Shown here: positions 51,326-60,659 of the stretch, in pieces
How the letters are laid out: every line of letters begins with the position of its first letter
Numbering within the stretch: position 1 is the first letter of the stretch
Source: an uncultured Rhodospirillaceae bacterium
GTDB taxonomy: Bacteria; Pseudomonadota; Alphaproteobacteria; MPNO01; UBA830
Assembly: GCA_963977005.1 (NCBI GenBank)
Contig: CAXBMQ010000012.1
Span: 4,307 to 68,306, forward strand
DNA length: 64,000 nt
Direction: 5' to 3'
Position numbers and translations under genes: made by a program
The notes under the pieces: model-generated
The model's input: only the letters and a program-made list of their open reading frames with translations
Databases searched by the model: none
Told to the model about the DNA's origin: nothing

Positions 51326-51344
51326 ACATCAAGGGGAGCAGAAA

Positions 51345-52496
51345 ATGGCCGAACAAAGACTTGGGATCATCATGAACGGCGTCACGGGCCGTATGGGCAC
51401 CAACCAGCATCTGATCCGGTCTGTCCTCGCGATCATGAAGGAGGGCGGGGTAAAGCTGCAAAACGGCGACACCGTCATGCCCGACCCGATCCTGGTGGGC
51501 CGCAACGCGGCGAAAGTCGAAGCGCTGGCCAAAGAACACGGCGTCGAACGCTGGACGACCGACCTGGACGCGGCAATCGCCGACCCCAAGGACACATTGT
51601 TTTTCGACGCGGCCAGCACAAACCTCCGTGCGGGACTCCTCCGCCAGGCCATCGATGCCGGGAAAGACATCTATTGCGAAAAACCGTCCGCCGCGACACT
51701 GGAAGATGCGATCGAGCTCTATCATCGTGCCGAGAAAGCGGGGGTCAAACATGGCGTCGTACAGGACAAGATTTTCCTGCCCGGCCTGCAGAAAATGAAA
51801 AAACTGATGGATGACGGCTTCTTCGGCCGGCTGCTGTCGGTAAAAATCGATTTTGGCTACTGGGTATTCGAAGGCGACTGGAAAAAGGCCCAACGACCGA
51901 GCTGGAATTACCGCAAGGAAGACGGTGGCGGGATCATTCTCGATATGATGCCCCACTGGCGCTACGTGCTCGACAACACGTTTGGCAACGTCAAAAGCGT
52001 CACCTGCATGGGCCGCGTCAATATCGACAAGCGATGGGACGAAAACGACGAACCCTACGATGCGGACGCAGACGATGCCTCATACGCCCTGGTCGAATTG
52101 GAGGGCGGCGCCGTGGTCAATATCTTCGCCTCCTGGTGCACCCGCGTGCGCAAGGACGACCTGGTCACATTCCACGCCGACGGCACACACGGTGCTGCCG
52201 TGGCCGGTCTGACCAAATGCCATATCCAGGACCGCCCGGGCACACCGTCGCCGGTCTGGAACCCGGACGAACCGCAAACGACGGATTTCTTCACGACGTG
52301 GACCGAATACGGCGCCGATATGGAATTCGACAACGGCTTCAAGGCGGAATGGGAAATGTTTATCCGCCACCTGCACGAAGACGCACCGTTCCACTGGAAC
52401 CTGCGCGAAGGCGCCAAGGGACTTCAGCTTGCCGAAGCCGCCATGCAGAGCTGGCAGGAACGCCGCTGGATCGATATCGAAGAGATCGCGGAGTAA
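51345..52496 (+). CDS. Gfo/Idh/MocA family oxidoreductase
   Basis: N-terminal Rossmann domain (LGIIMNGVTGRMG) and the C-terminal alpha/beta domain of the family. 383 aa. Confidence 0.85.
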   Translation: MAEQRLGIIMNGVTGRMGTNQHLIRSVLAIMKEGGVKLQNGDTVMPDPILVGRNAAKVEALAKEHGVERWTTDLDAAIADPKDTLFFDAASTNLRAGLLRQAIDAGKDIYCEKPSAATLEDAIELYHRAEKAGVKHGVVQDKIFLPGLQKMKKLMDDGFFGRLLSVKIDFGYWVFEGDWKKAQRPSWNYRKEDGGGIILDMMPHWRYVLDNTFGNVKSVTCMGRVNIDKRWDENDEPYDADADDASYALVELEGGAVVNIFASWCTRVRKDDLVTFHADGTHGAAVAGLTKCHIQDRPGTPSPVWNPDEPQTTDFFTTWTEYGADMEFDNGFKAEWEMFIRHLHEDAPFHWNLREGAKGLQLAEAAMQSWQERRWIDIEEIAE

Positions 52497-52501
52497 ACCC
52501 G

Positions 52502-53668
52502 ATGGTATCGATCACACTCCCGCGCGCTGATGGCGGGCTGGAACAATACGAAACCGGCACGCCGCGCAATTTCCCCGAGACTGCGGACCGCCCGTTCAAC
52601 AGAATCGCCTATGCCGCAGCCCATGTCGTTCCCAACGCGGCGGCCGACAACGACCCCTGGATCGATACCGACGTCGACTGGGACCGCACCATCGCCTTTC
52701 GAACGCATCTGTGGAAACTGGGGCTCGGCGTTGCCGAAGCGATGGACACGGCCCAGCGCGGGATGGGAATGGACTGGCCGACATCGCTCGAACTGATACG
52801 CCGCAGCGTGGATGCCTCGAAAGACGTGCCGGGCGCGGTGGTCGCATCGGGGGCGGGCACCGATCACCTCGCTCCATCGCCTGACCTGTCGATCGGCGAT
52901 GTGATCGCTGCATACGAAGAACAATGCGAAGCGGTCGAGGCCTGTGGCGGCCGGATTATCCTGATGGCAAGCCGCGCGCTCGCCGCCTGCGCCAGATCGC
53001 CTGACGATTACGGCAAGGTCTACGACCGTATACTGGGAAATGTGAAGGAACCGGTGATTGTTCACTGGCTTGGGGAAATGTTCGACCCTGCGCTCGAGGG
53101 GTACTGGGGCCATGCGGATCATCACGTGGCGATGGATATCTGCCTCGACGTGCTGAAACGGAACGCCGACAAGGTCGACGGCATCAAGATTTCGCTGCTC
53201 GACAAGGACAAGGAGATCCGGCTACGTCGCGGCTTGCCCGACGGTGTGCGCATGTTTACCGGCGACGATTTCAATTACGCCGAGTTGATCGCGGGCGACG
53301 ACGAAGGGTATTCCGATGCCCTGCTGGGGATTTTCGATGCCATCGCCCCTGCCGCGTCGGCAGCGCTGGCCGCCCTGGCCGGAAACCGGCCGGATGAATT
53401 CCACGATATCTTCGCGCCGACGGTGCCCTTGTCTCGTCATATCTTCAGGGCGCCGACCCGGTTCTACAAAACCGGTGTGGTCTTCATGGCCTATCTGAAC
53501 GGTCACCAGGACCATTTCACGATGATCGGCGGCCAGCAAAGCACACGATCGATCGTGCATCTTGGCGAGATATTCCGCTTGGCGGACAAGGCCGGTTTGT
53601 TGAAGAGCCCCGATGAGGCCGCTGCCCGGATGAGCCGGGTGATGGCCGTCCACGGCATAGGGGTCTGA
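52502..53668 (+). CDS. DUF993 family protein (dihydrodipicolinate-synthase-like TIM-barrel superfamily)
   Basis: 388 aa from the ATG at 52502, which lies 5 nt after the upstream stop. The ORF-track start at 52034 is in another frame that overlaps the oxidoreductase gene. Conserved Gfo/Idh/MocA-DUF993-isomerase gene order. Confidence 0.55.
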   Translation: MVSITLPRADGGLEQYETGTPRNFPETADRPFNRIAYAAAHVVPNAAADNDPWIDTDVDWDRTIAFRTHLWKLGLGVAEAMDTAQRGMGMDWPTSLELIRRSVDASKDVPGAVVASGAGTDHLAPSPDLSIGDVIAAYEEQCEAVEACGGRIILMASRALAACARSPDDYGKVYDRILGNVKEPVIVHWLGEMFDPALEGYWGHADHHVAMDICLDVLKRNADKVDGIKISLLDKDKEIRLRRGLPDGVRMFTGDDFNYAELIAGDDEGYSDALLGIFDAIAPAASAALAALAGNRPDEFHDIFAPTVPLSRHIFRAPTRFYKTGVVFMAYLNGHQDHFTMIGGQQSTRSIVHLGEIFRLADKAGLLKSPDEAAARMSRVMAVHGIGV

Positions 53669-53671
53669 CCG

Positions 53672-54499
53672 ATGACAGCACCGGATCTTGAAAAGCTCGC
53701 CATCAACCAGGCGACCACGATGAAGCAGTGGACGCTGCGCGAAGCCATCGAAGGGTATGCGGCAAAGGATATCCGCGGGATTTCGGTCTGGCGCGACAAG
53801 CTTGCCGAATGCGGGGTCGATGAAGCGGCGCGCATTCTGAAAGACAACGGCATGACCGTCACCGGCGTCTGCCGCGGCGGCATGTTTCCCGCCATTGACG
53901 ATGCCGGACGGCAGGCGGCGCTGGACGACAACCGCCGCGCCGTCGACGAAGCCGCCGCCATTGAGGCACAATGTCTTGTGATGGTATGCGGCGGCCTGCC
54001 GGACGGGTCGAAAGACATGATCGATGCCCGGAAACAGGTCGCCGACGGCCTGGCGGCGATGCTGCCCCATGCCATCGATGCCGGCGTGCCGGTCGCGATC
54101 GAGCCACTGCACCCGATGACGGCCGCCGACCGCGCCTGCGTCAACACGCTGGAACATGCGCTTGATCTGTGCGATGCGCTGGGTGACGGCATCGGTGTTG
54201 CCGTGGATTGCTATCACGTGTGGTGGGACCCGAAGCTCGAGGACCAGATCGCCCGCGCTGGCAGCCGCATCCTCGGATTTCACGTCTGCGACTGGCTGGT
54301 GCCGACTGTCGATCTGGTCTGGGATCGCGGCATGATGGGCGATGGCGTGATCGACATTCCGCGTATTCGTGGCTGGGTCGAAAATGCGGGGTATCGCGGC
54401 TTCAACGAAGTTGAGATATTCTCCGAACGGAACTGGTGGAAACGCGACCCGGTCGAGGTCGTCGACACCTGCATGGAACGGTATCAACACTTCGTATGA
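53672..54499 (+). CDS. Sugar phosphate isomerase/epimerase (xylose-isomerase-like TIM barrel)
   Basis: 275 aa AP-endonuclease-2/TIM-barrel family. Metal-ligand pattern (E..D..H..E). Confidence 0.8.
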   Translation: MTAPDLEKLAINQATTMKQWTLREAIEGYAAKDIRGISVWRDKLAECGVDEAARILKDNGMTVTGVCRGGMFPAIDDAGRQAALDDNRRAVDEAAAIEAQCLVMVCGGLPDGSKDMIDARKQVADGLAAMLPHAIDAGVPVAIEPLHPMTAADRACVNTLEHALDLCDALGDGIGVAVDCYHVWWDPKLEDQIARAGSRILGFHVCDWLVPTVDLVWDRGMMGDGVIDIPRIRGWVENAGYRGFNEVEIFSERNWWKRDPVEVVDTCMERYQHFV

Positions 54500-54510
54500 G
54501 GGAATGAATA

Positions 54511-55632
54511 ATGGCGAGCGCAGAGGGTCTTAAAGAGGTCGGATATTTTGATTGTGCCGGCGGCGGACAAATCCGCGTCGACGGAACAACGGCCTATATC
54601 GGTCACATGGCCAACCCTTTCGGTACGAGCATCGTCGATGTCGCCGATCCGAAAAATCCCAAGCTCCTCTCCCATATCGAGATGCCGGAAGGCACGCATT
54701 CGCACAAGGTGCATGCACAGGGCGACCTGATGGTGCGCAATCATGAGCTTATCGGCCCCGGCAAGCCCGATGATTTTCACACAGGTGTCGGCATCTACGA
54801 TGTTTCGGACAAGACAAATCCGAAACTGGTATCGACCTGGGATACCGTTGGCCGCGGCGTCCATCGTTTCGATTTCGACGGCCGCTACATGTATTTCTCG
54901 TCCACGGTCGAAGGTTATCGCGGCCCAATCATGGTCGTGCTCGACCTGAAGGACCCCGAAAACCCGGTCGAAGTATGCAAATGGTGGATTCCCGGACAAT
55001 GGGAAGCCGGCGGCGAGGAATATCCCTGGGGCGACGGGCCCGAGCCGCGCTGCCATCATCCGCTGCGCCTGGGCAACCGGCTGTATATGAGCTACTGGCA
55101 TCACGGGCTGTTCATCCTCGATATCGAGGATCTGTCGAACCCGAAGATGATCTCGTCTTTCAACACGGGACCGACATTCCCGCACCCGACCCACACGGCA
55201 CTGCCGATTCCGTTCGAAATCGGCGGCCACAGGCACATGATCGTCGCCGACGAAGACGTCGCCAAGCTGCGCCCGCATGCACCGGCCTTCATGTGGATCT
55301 TCGACATCACGGACGAGACCAATCCGATCCCGATTTCGTCCTGGCAGGTTAACGGTCTCGATCTTATCGGCGAGCCCGAGGGGATGTTCACCGGGTGTCA
55401 TCAGCCGAGCGAGATCGTCACCGGCACCGTGATCCCGTTTGCCTGGTTCGCCCGCGGCATCCGGCTGATCGACATCGCCAATCCGCACGCACCGGTCGAA
55501 GTCGGACATTTCGAACCCGACCCGCAGCCCGGTTGCGACCGCATCTGCGCGAACGACATCACCGTTGACGACCGCGGCCTGATCTACGTCATAGACCGGC
55601 TTCGCGGTTTTCATATCGTCGAAAAGGTCTGA
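54511..55632 (+). CDS. LVIVD-repeat beta-propeller protein
   Basis: Six repeats of hydrophobic-x-hydrophobic-D-hydrophobic-x-D...NP (IVDVADPKNP, IYDVSDKTNP, VVLDLKDPENP, ILDIEDLSNP, IFDITDETNP, LIDIANPHAP). Confidence 0.7.
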   Translation: MASAEGLKEVGYFDCAGGGQIRVDGTTAYIGHMANPFGTSIVDVADPKNPKLLSHIEMPEGTHSHKVHAQGDLMVRNHELIGPGKPDDFHTGVGIYDVSDKTNPKLVSTWDTVGRGVHRFDFDGRYMYFSSTVEGYRGPIMVVLDLKDPENPVEVCKWWIPGQWEAGGEEYPWGDGPEPRCHHPLRLGNRLYMSYWHHGLFILDIEDLSNPKMISSFNTGPTFPHPTHTALPIPFEIGGHRHMIVADEDVAKLRPHAPAFMWIFDITDETNPIPISSWQVNGLDLIGEPEGMFTGCHQPSEIVTGTVIPFAWFARGIRLIDIANPHAPVEVGHFEPDPQPGCDRICANDITVDDRGLIYVIDRLRGFHIVEKV

Positions 55633-55829
55633 ACAAGGACGGGTTCGGGCGCAAGCCGGTAGATCGCCGACTGCGCTCCACCGGTGACGACCACGAAATC
55701 GGCATGCTGAATGCTCGTGCGACAGGCTGTCGCCCGTCTCGTCGCGTATATCAGCCATGCGGATTGCCGATGTTCGGACATCGTGCTGGAATGCTACGCT
55801 ATTGATCGGATTTTGGAGTTAAAGGGGAT

Positions 55830-56993
55830 TTGACCATGGCGACGTCGACCGATGACACGATGAAACGCGGCGCAAACCGTGAAGCACTGCTCGATGCGGT
55901 GTACGACAAGCTCGATTCGCTCGACATGGCGCCCTATTGGGCGGTGAACCCCAATGAAAGCCAGAATGACGAGGACGGCCAGGTTCTGAAAGGCAAGAAG
56001 GCCGAGCCGTTCATGTGGAAATACGCGGACATCGAACCGCTGCTATACGAAGCGGCCGAACTGGTCACGATGGAAGATTCCGAACGCCGCTCGATCGTGC
56101 TGGTCAACCCGGGACTGGCGCCGGTCCGGGCGACCGTCTCGACGCTCTATACGGCTTACCGCCTGAACGATCCGCGCGAAATCATGCCGCCACACAGCCA
56201 TTCGATCAACGCGGTGCGTATCGGCCTGACCGGCGACCAGAACTTCACCGGCGTCGAGGGCGAAGCCATCACTTTCGGGCCGGGCGACGTTGTGCTGACA
56301 CCGGCCGGCGCATGGCATAACCATGGCAATCACGGCGACGATTACGCCGTCAATGTCAGCATTCTCGACCTGCCCCTGACCGAGGTGCTGAACGCCGCGT
56401 CGTTCGAACACGACTACAAGGAAGAGGTCGACGGCCAGATGGTCTCGCGCCGCGAACAAACGGCACGATACTCCGACGATCATTCGCATAAAACATATGG
56501 ATTTGGCGGGTTACGGCCACGGTTTCTCGATCATCGCCGCGGCACCGGCGTACATTCGCCGATGTATGTCTATCGCTGGAACCGAACCCGCGAACTGCTT
56601 GAGAGCTTCCGCGATCACGAGGGCAGCCCGTGGGATGCCATCCAGGTCGAATACACCGATCCGATCAACGGGCGGACGGCCTATCCAACGATGACGTTCT
56701 TCGGCGAGATGCTCCGTCCGGGCGAGCGGACGCTGCCGCAACAGCAGAATGCGAGCCAGGTCGTAATTCCCTTCCACGGTAACGGACACAGCATTGTCGG
56801 CGGAAAACGCTTCGACTGGTCGCCGTTCGATGCGATCGCGATCCCGGGCGGTGAATGGTACGAGCATGCCAACGGCTCGGACAGCGGGGAAGCCACACTG
56901 TTCGCCGCGAGTGACGAGCCGGTTTTGAAAGCCCTTGGGTTCTACAAACGCCACGGCAAGACCGAAAGCGGCGAGATCGTTCAACTCGACTAG
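55830..56993 (+). CDS. Bicupin protein (gentisate 1,2-dioxygenase-like cupin family)
   Basis: Two cupin modules. The first has a 3-His motif (PPHSHSINAV..WHNHGNHGDD). 387 aa. Confidence 0.65.
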   Translation: MTMATSTDDTMKRGANREALLDAVYDKLDSLDMAPYWAVNPNESQNDEDGQVLKGKKAEPFMWKYADIEPLLYEAAELVTMEDSERRSIVLVNPGLAPVRATVSTLYTAYRLNDPREIMPPHSHSINAVRIGLTGDQNFTGVEGEAITFGPGDVVLTPAGAWHNHGNHGDDYAVNVSILDLPLTEVLNAASFEHDYKEEVDGQMVSRREQTARYSDDHSHKTYGFGGLRPRFLDHRRGTGVHSPMYVYRWNRTRELLESFRDHEGSPWDAIQVEYTDPINGRTAYPTMTFFGEMLRPGERTLPQQQNASQVVIPFHGNGHSIVGGKRFDWSPFDAIAIPGGEWYEHANGSDSGEATLFAASDEPVLKALGFYKRHGKTESGEIVQLD

Positions 56994-57090
56994 AGATCCG
57001 GGCTCGCCTGGCATCGAAAGAGGGGCGGCATCGCAAATTCAAGAGCGTCGGTGAATAAAACCGCGACGAGAATAACCAGGCGCCTGAAGA

Positions 57091-57684
57091 TCAGCCTGCT
57101 TTTGGACGATTGATGCCGGCCGTCAACGGCTCGGGAATGTCGATGTCTTCGTCGTCTGGGCGCACCGTTGACAGCGGGTTTTCAAAATCGTCCTGCAGCG
57201 GATCGTCAGGTGTTTCCGGGTCTGACTGCGGCGGGTAGCCGCCATCCTGCGGCAGCGAATCATTCGTCCCGGTTCCGGCATCGGCCGAATCCGCAGTATC
57301 GACTTCTCGCGGATATGTGCCGGAGGCGGAATCTGCCGGCATCACGGGCTGCTGCTGAGGCGGCGGCGTGCCTGCATTTCCGGCTGGTTCGAATTCGGCG
57401 ACCTTGGGTTCGGAGTCGCGCCACGTCGTCGTGCGCGCGACATACAGATCGTAATCGGCCTGTAACCGGAGCCACAGTTCCGCCGTTGTCCCGAAATACT
57501 TTGCAAACCGCAGCGCTGTATCGGGTGTGACCCCCCGCTTGCCGGCAACGATATCGCTGATCCGACCGACAGGCACATCGATATCCCGGGCCAGCTTGTT
57601 CCGGCTGACGCCAAGCGGTGTCATCACCTGGTCGAACAGGATTTTTCCAGGGTGTTTGGGTGTTGAATCAGTCATCAATGGCAA
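57091..57684 (-). CDS. HigA-family (XRE HTH) antitoxin-like protein with a long disordered acidic/proline-rich C-terminal tail
   Basis: The N-terminal 90 aa match the HigA addiction-module antidote HTH (KHPGKILFDQVMTPLGVSRNKLARDIDVPVGRISDIV). The C-terminal 100 aa are low complexity. No RelE/HigB partner is adjacent. Confidence 0.65.
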   Translation of the reverse strand: MPLMTDSTPKHPGKILFDQVMTPLGVSRNKLARDIDVPVGRISDIVAGKRGVTPDTALRFAKYFGTTAELWLRLQADYDLYVARTTTWRDSEPKVAEFEPAGNAGTPPPQQQPVMPADSASGTYPREVDTADSADAGTGTNDSLPQDGGYPPQSDPETPDDPLQDDFENPLSTVRPDDEDIDIPEPLTAGINRPKAG

Positions 57685-57806
57685 CCGTATTCCGCAAAAC
57701 GGTATAGCTCACGGGCTTTGCAACGGGGGAAGTATAAGGAAAACGGCATGAAAAAGAAAGTGCCAAGCATATTGCGACCTTCACACTGGTGTTATTCCGC
57801 AACCCG

Positions 57807-58202
57807 TTACGCCGCCTTGCGGAATGGCCACACACCCTTGCGGCTGCCGTCGGGTGCACAGAGACCCAAGTCTGCACGGAGATCCACGGCAAGGCGCGAC
57901 TCGATCGAACTCAGGAAGAACCGGATCGATTCTTCACGTTTAATGTTTTCATGGCGCTGCGCTTCGAACAGGTCTGCCATATCGGCCAGTACCTGTTTGT
58001 AGGCATCGACGAGCAACGCGCCTTTGCGCTCGCGTTCGACAAACATTTCGCGCATTTCGCGGAATTCGTGGCGCATTTCCTGCAGTGCCGTCTCGACAGA
58101 GGACAGCCGGTCCGTCACCGGGTCACCGTCCGGCGTTCGTAAGGTCCCCGGAAGTTTGCTTTCGACCAATTCGCGCGGATCGAACCGTTTTGCTGCAGCC
58201 AT
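57807..58202 (-). CDS. Hypothetical coiled-coil protein (131 aa, start MAAAKRF)
   Basis: ORF with consistent codon usage. No known motifs. Confidence 0.35.
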   Translation of the reverse strand: MAAAKRFDPRELVESKLPGTLRTPDGDPVTDRLSSVETALQEMRHEFREMREMFVERERKGALLVDAYKQVLADMADLFEAQRHENIKREESIRFFLSSIESRLAVDLRADLGLCAPDGSRKGVWPFRKAA

Positions 58203-58452
58203 TTCACTATCACCCGATCTGGTTTTCGTCTCCGCGATCGGTACCCCCCGACCCGGCTTCAGGCCAATCATTTACCAATAGTAGTAAACGAGGCGTAAAC
58301 GCCGGGAAAATTTTGCGCAGCCGGATTCGTCGCGATGCGATGCCTGACCGGCGACATAGCGCATCGCCCGCTTCGCGCTTAACTCAAACTTAATCTTAAT
58401 TCGAGACGCTCCCGTTCTGATTATTTGTTTCAGCCCAACGGGGGGAAATGCG

Positions 58453-59514
58453 TTGCGCGGCAATTGGCACGGCAAAACTGTTATGATCACCGGCGTGTGC
58501 GGCACGGTAGGCGGCGAACTGCTTCGGCAGATTTCGGCGCTCTCGCCGGCCGAGATCGTCGGTATCGATAACAACGAAAGCGATCTCTTCTTCCTGCGCG
58601 AAGAATATGCAGCGCATCACTCGGTGCAGCTTTATATCGGCGACATTCGGGACCGGGAGACCCTCACCGAAAAAATGCGTGGCATCGATATCGTCCTTCA
58701 CGCCGCCGCCCTCAAACACGTTTTCCTGTGCGAGCAATCGCCCCGGGATGCCGTACAGACCAACATACACGGCACGCAGAACGTGATCGACGCTGCCATC
58801 GCCAATGGCGTCAAACGCGTCCTGTTCACCTCATCGGACAAGGCCGTCAACCCGACCAACGTCATGGGCACGTCCAAGCTGATGGCCGAGCGGCTCATGT
58901 CGGCGGCAAACGCCGAGCGCCGCTCCGACGGCCCGATCTTTGCCTCCACCCGGTTCGGTAACGTGCTTGGATCGCGCGGATCGGTGATCCCGCTGTTCGA
59001 GCGCCAGATCAAGGCCGGCGGGCCGATTACGATTACGGACGACCAGATGTCGCGCTTCATCATGACACTTGAAGAAGCCGTGCGCCTGGTTATCGGGTCG
59101 ACCTTCCTCGCGCGCGGCGGAGAAGTGTTCGTCACCAAAATGCCGGTGCTCCGTATTGCCGACCTTGCCTGGTCGATGGTCCAGGACCTGGCGCCGGTCC
59201 ACGGCTTCAAAGCGGACGACATTGCCATAGACATCGTCGGCAGCCGCCCGGGGGAGAAACTCTACGAGGAGCTGCTGAATGACGAAGAAACACGTCGGAC
59301 GGTAGAGACCGACGAGTATTTCATCATCCTGCCGGCGCTGAAGCCACACTACGAAATCGTGCAATACGCCTATGTCGGCATGCGCGACAGCAAGGTGGAC
59401 GAGCCCTACAACTCCGCGCTCGCCCCGACGATGACCCGCGAGGAGGTTCGCGACTACCTCCGGCGCAACGAACTTATCCGTGTCGTGAAAGAGGACGAAC
59501 TGCAATGCGCATAA
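58453..59514 (+). CDS. Polysaccharide biosynthesis protein, UDP-GlcNAc 4,6-dehydratase-like (PseB/FlaA1/CapD family SDR)
   Basis: Rossmann motif TGVCGTVGGEL, catalytic TSSDKAV...YGTSK. TTG start at 58453 or ATG at 58483 (MITGVCG). Confidence 0.8.
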   Translation: MRGNWHGKTVMITGVCGTVGGELLRQISALSPAEIVGIDNNESDLFFLREEYAAHHSVQLYIGDIRDRETLTEKMRGIDIVLHAAALKHVFLCEQSPRDAVQTNIHGTQNVIDAAIANGVKRVLFTSSDKAVNPTNVMGTSKLMAERLMSAANAERRSDGPIFASTRFGNVLGSRGSVIPLFERQIKAGGPITITDDQMSRFIMTLEEAVRLVIGSTFLARGGEVFVTKMPVLRIADLAWSMVQDLAPVHGFKADDIAIDIVGSRPGEKLYEELLNDEETRRTVETDEYFIILPALKPHYEIVQYAYVGMRDSKVDEPYNSALAPTMTREEVRDYLRRNELIRVVKEDELQCA

Positions 59515-60659
59515 TCATACTTGGCGGCGACGGCTATCTCGGCTGGCCTACATCGATGGATATGGCCGCCGACGGCCATGAGGTCTGGGCGGTCGACAAC
59601 TACATGCGTCGCAATATCGCTCAGGAAACACAGTCCGAGGCTCTGCTCCCGACGCCGAATCTGCACGAACGCGCCGAGATTTTCGAAGCCGCAACCGGCA
59701 AGAAAATCAATATCGTTATCGGCGACTGCACCGATTTCCGGATGATGTCCGATCTGTTCGAGAAAGTGCAGCCCGAAGCGGTGATCCACTACGCCGAACA
59801 GCCCTCCGCCCCGTATTCGATGATGGGATACGACCAGGCACGGCGCACGCTGGACAATAACCTGCAGGCCACCTTCAACACGGTATGGGCCGTACTGGAG
59901 CATGCGCCGGACTGCCACATCATCAAGCTCGGCACGATGGGCGAATACGGCACCCCGAATATCGATATCGAGGAAGGCTGGATCGACATCGAACACAAGG
60001 GCCGCAAGGACAAGTTCCTGTATCCCCGCGCCGCCGGCTCGCTCTATCACACCACCAAGGTGCTCGATACCGACCTGCTGTGGTTCTACGTCCGCACCTA
60101 CGGCGTGCGCGCGACCGACCTGATGCAGGGACCGGTATACGGCCTGCACACCGACCAGACGGCCATCGATGAACGTCTGATGCCGAATTTCCACTATGAC
60201 GACATTTTCGGCACCGTCCTGAACCGGTTCCTCGTCCAGGCCGTCGCCGGCGTACCGTTGACAGTCTACGGCAAGGGCGGTCAGACCCGCGGTTACCTGA
60301 ACCTCAAAGATACGCTGCAATGCGTCGAGCTGGCCATGAACAGCCCGGTCGATCAGGGCGACCTGCGTATCCTGAACCAGTTCACCGAACAGTTCTCGGT
60401 CAACGAGCTTGCGGAAAAGGTCACCCGCGTGGGCAACGCCAACGGACTGAACGTCGAGATGAAGAACATCGACAATCCGCGCAAGGAACGCGAGGAACAT
60501 TACTACAACCCAGCCCATTCGGGTCTTACCGACCTGGGCCTCAAACCCCATCACCTGACCGACGACGTCGTCGTCGACATGCTGGAAACGGTAAAACGCT
60601 ACAGCAACCGTATCGACACGCGCAAAGTAATGCCCCGCGTCAGCTGGAAGGCCGCCTGA
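59505..60659 (+). CDS. sqdB: UDP-sulfoquinovose synthase (SQD1/SqdB/Agl3 ortholog)
   Basis: Near-identical blocks to plant SQD1: GGDGYLGW (SQD1 GGDGYCGW), LGTMGEYGTPNIDIEEGWI, ATDLMQGPVYG, VYGKGGQTRGYLNLKDTLQCVELA, FNQFTEQFSVNELA, HYYNPAH, VSWK. The start overlaps the PseB-like gene stop. Confidence 0.9.
   Translation: MRIIILGGDGYLGWPTSMDMAADGHEVWAVDNYMRRNIAQETQSEALLPTPNLHERAEIFEAATGKKINIVIGDCTDFRMMSDLFEKVQPEAVIHYAEQPSAPYSMMGYDQARRTLDNNLQATFNTVWAVLEHAPDCHIIKLGTMGEYGTPNIDIEEGWIDIEHKGRKDKFLYPRAAGSLYHTTKVLDTDLLWFYVRTYGVRATDLMQGPVYGLHTDQTAIDERLMPNFHYDDIFGTVLNRFLVQAVAGVPLTVYGKGGQTRGYLNLKDTLQCVELAMNSPVDQGDLRILNQFTEQFSVNELAEKVTRVGNANGLNVEMKNIDNPRKEREEHYYNPAHSGLTDLGLKPHHLTDDVVVDMLETVKRYSNRIDTRKVMPRVSWKAA

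Noticed and set aside
52034-52501. N-terminal 156-aa extension of the DUF993 ORF, which would give a 544-aa product
   Set aside because: It is out of frame over the 3' end of the Gfo/Idh/MocA gene and is Arg-rich. A proper ATG at 52502 lies 5 nt after the upstream stop.
54484-55758. 424-aa ORF on the - strand
   Set aside because: It is antisense to the LVIVD-repeat gene, which has a clear internal repeat structure on the + strand.
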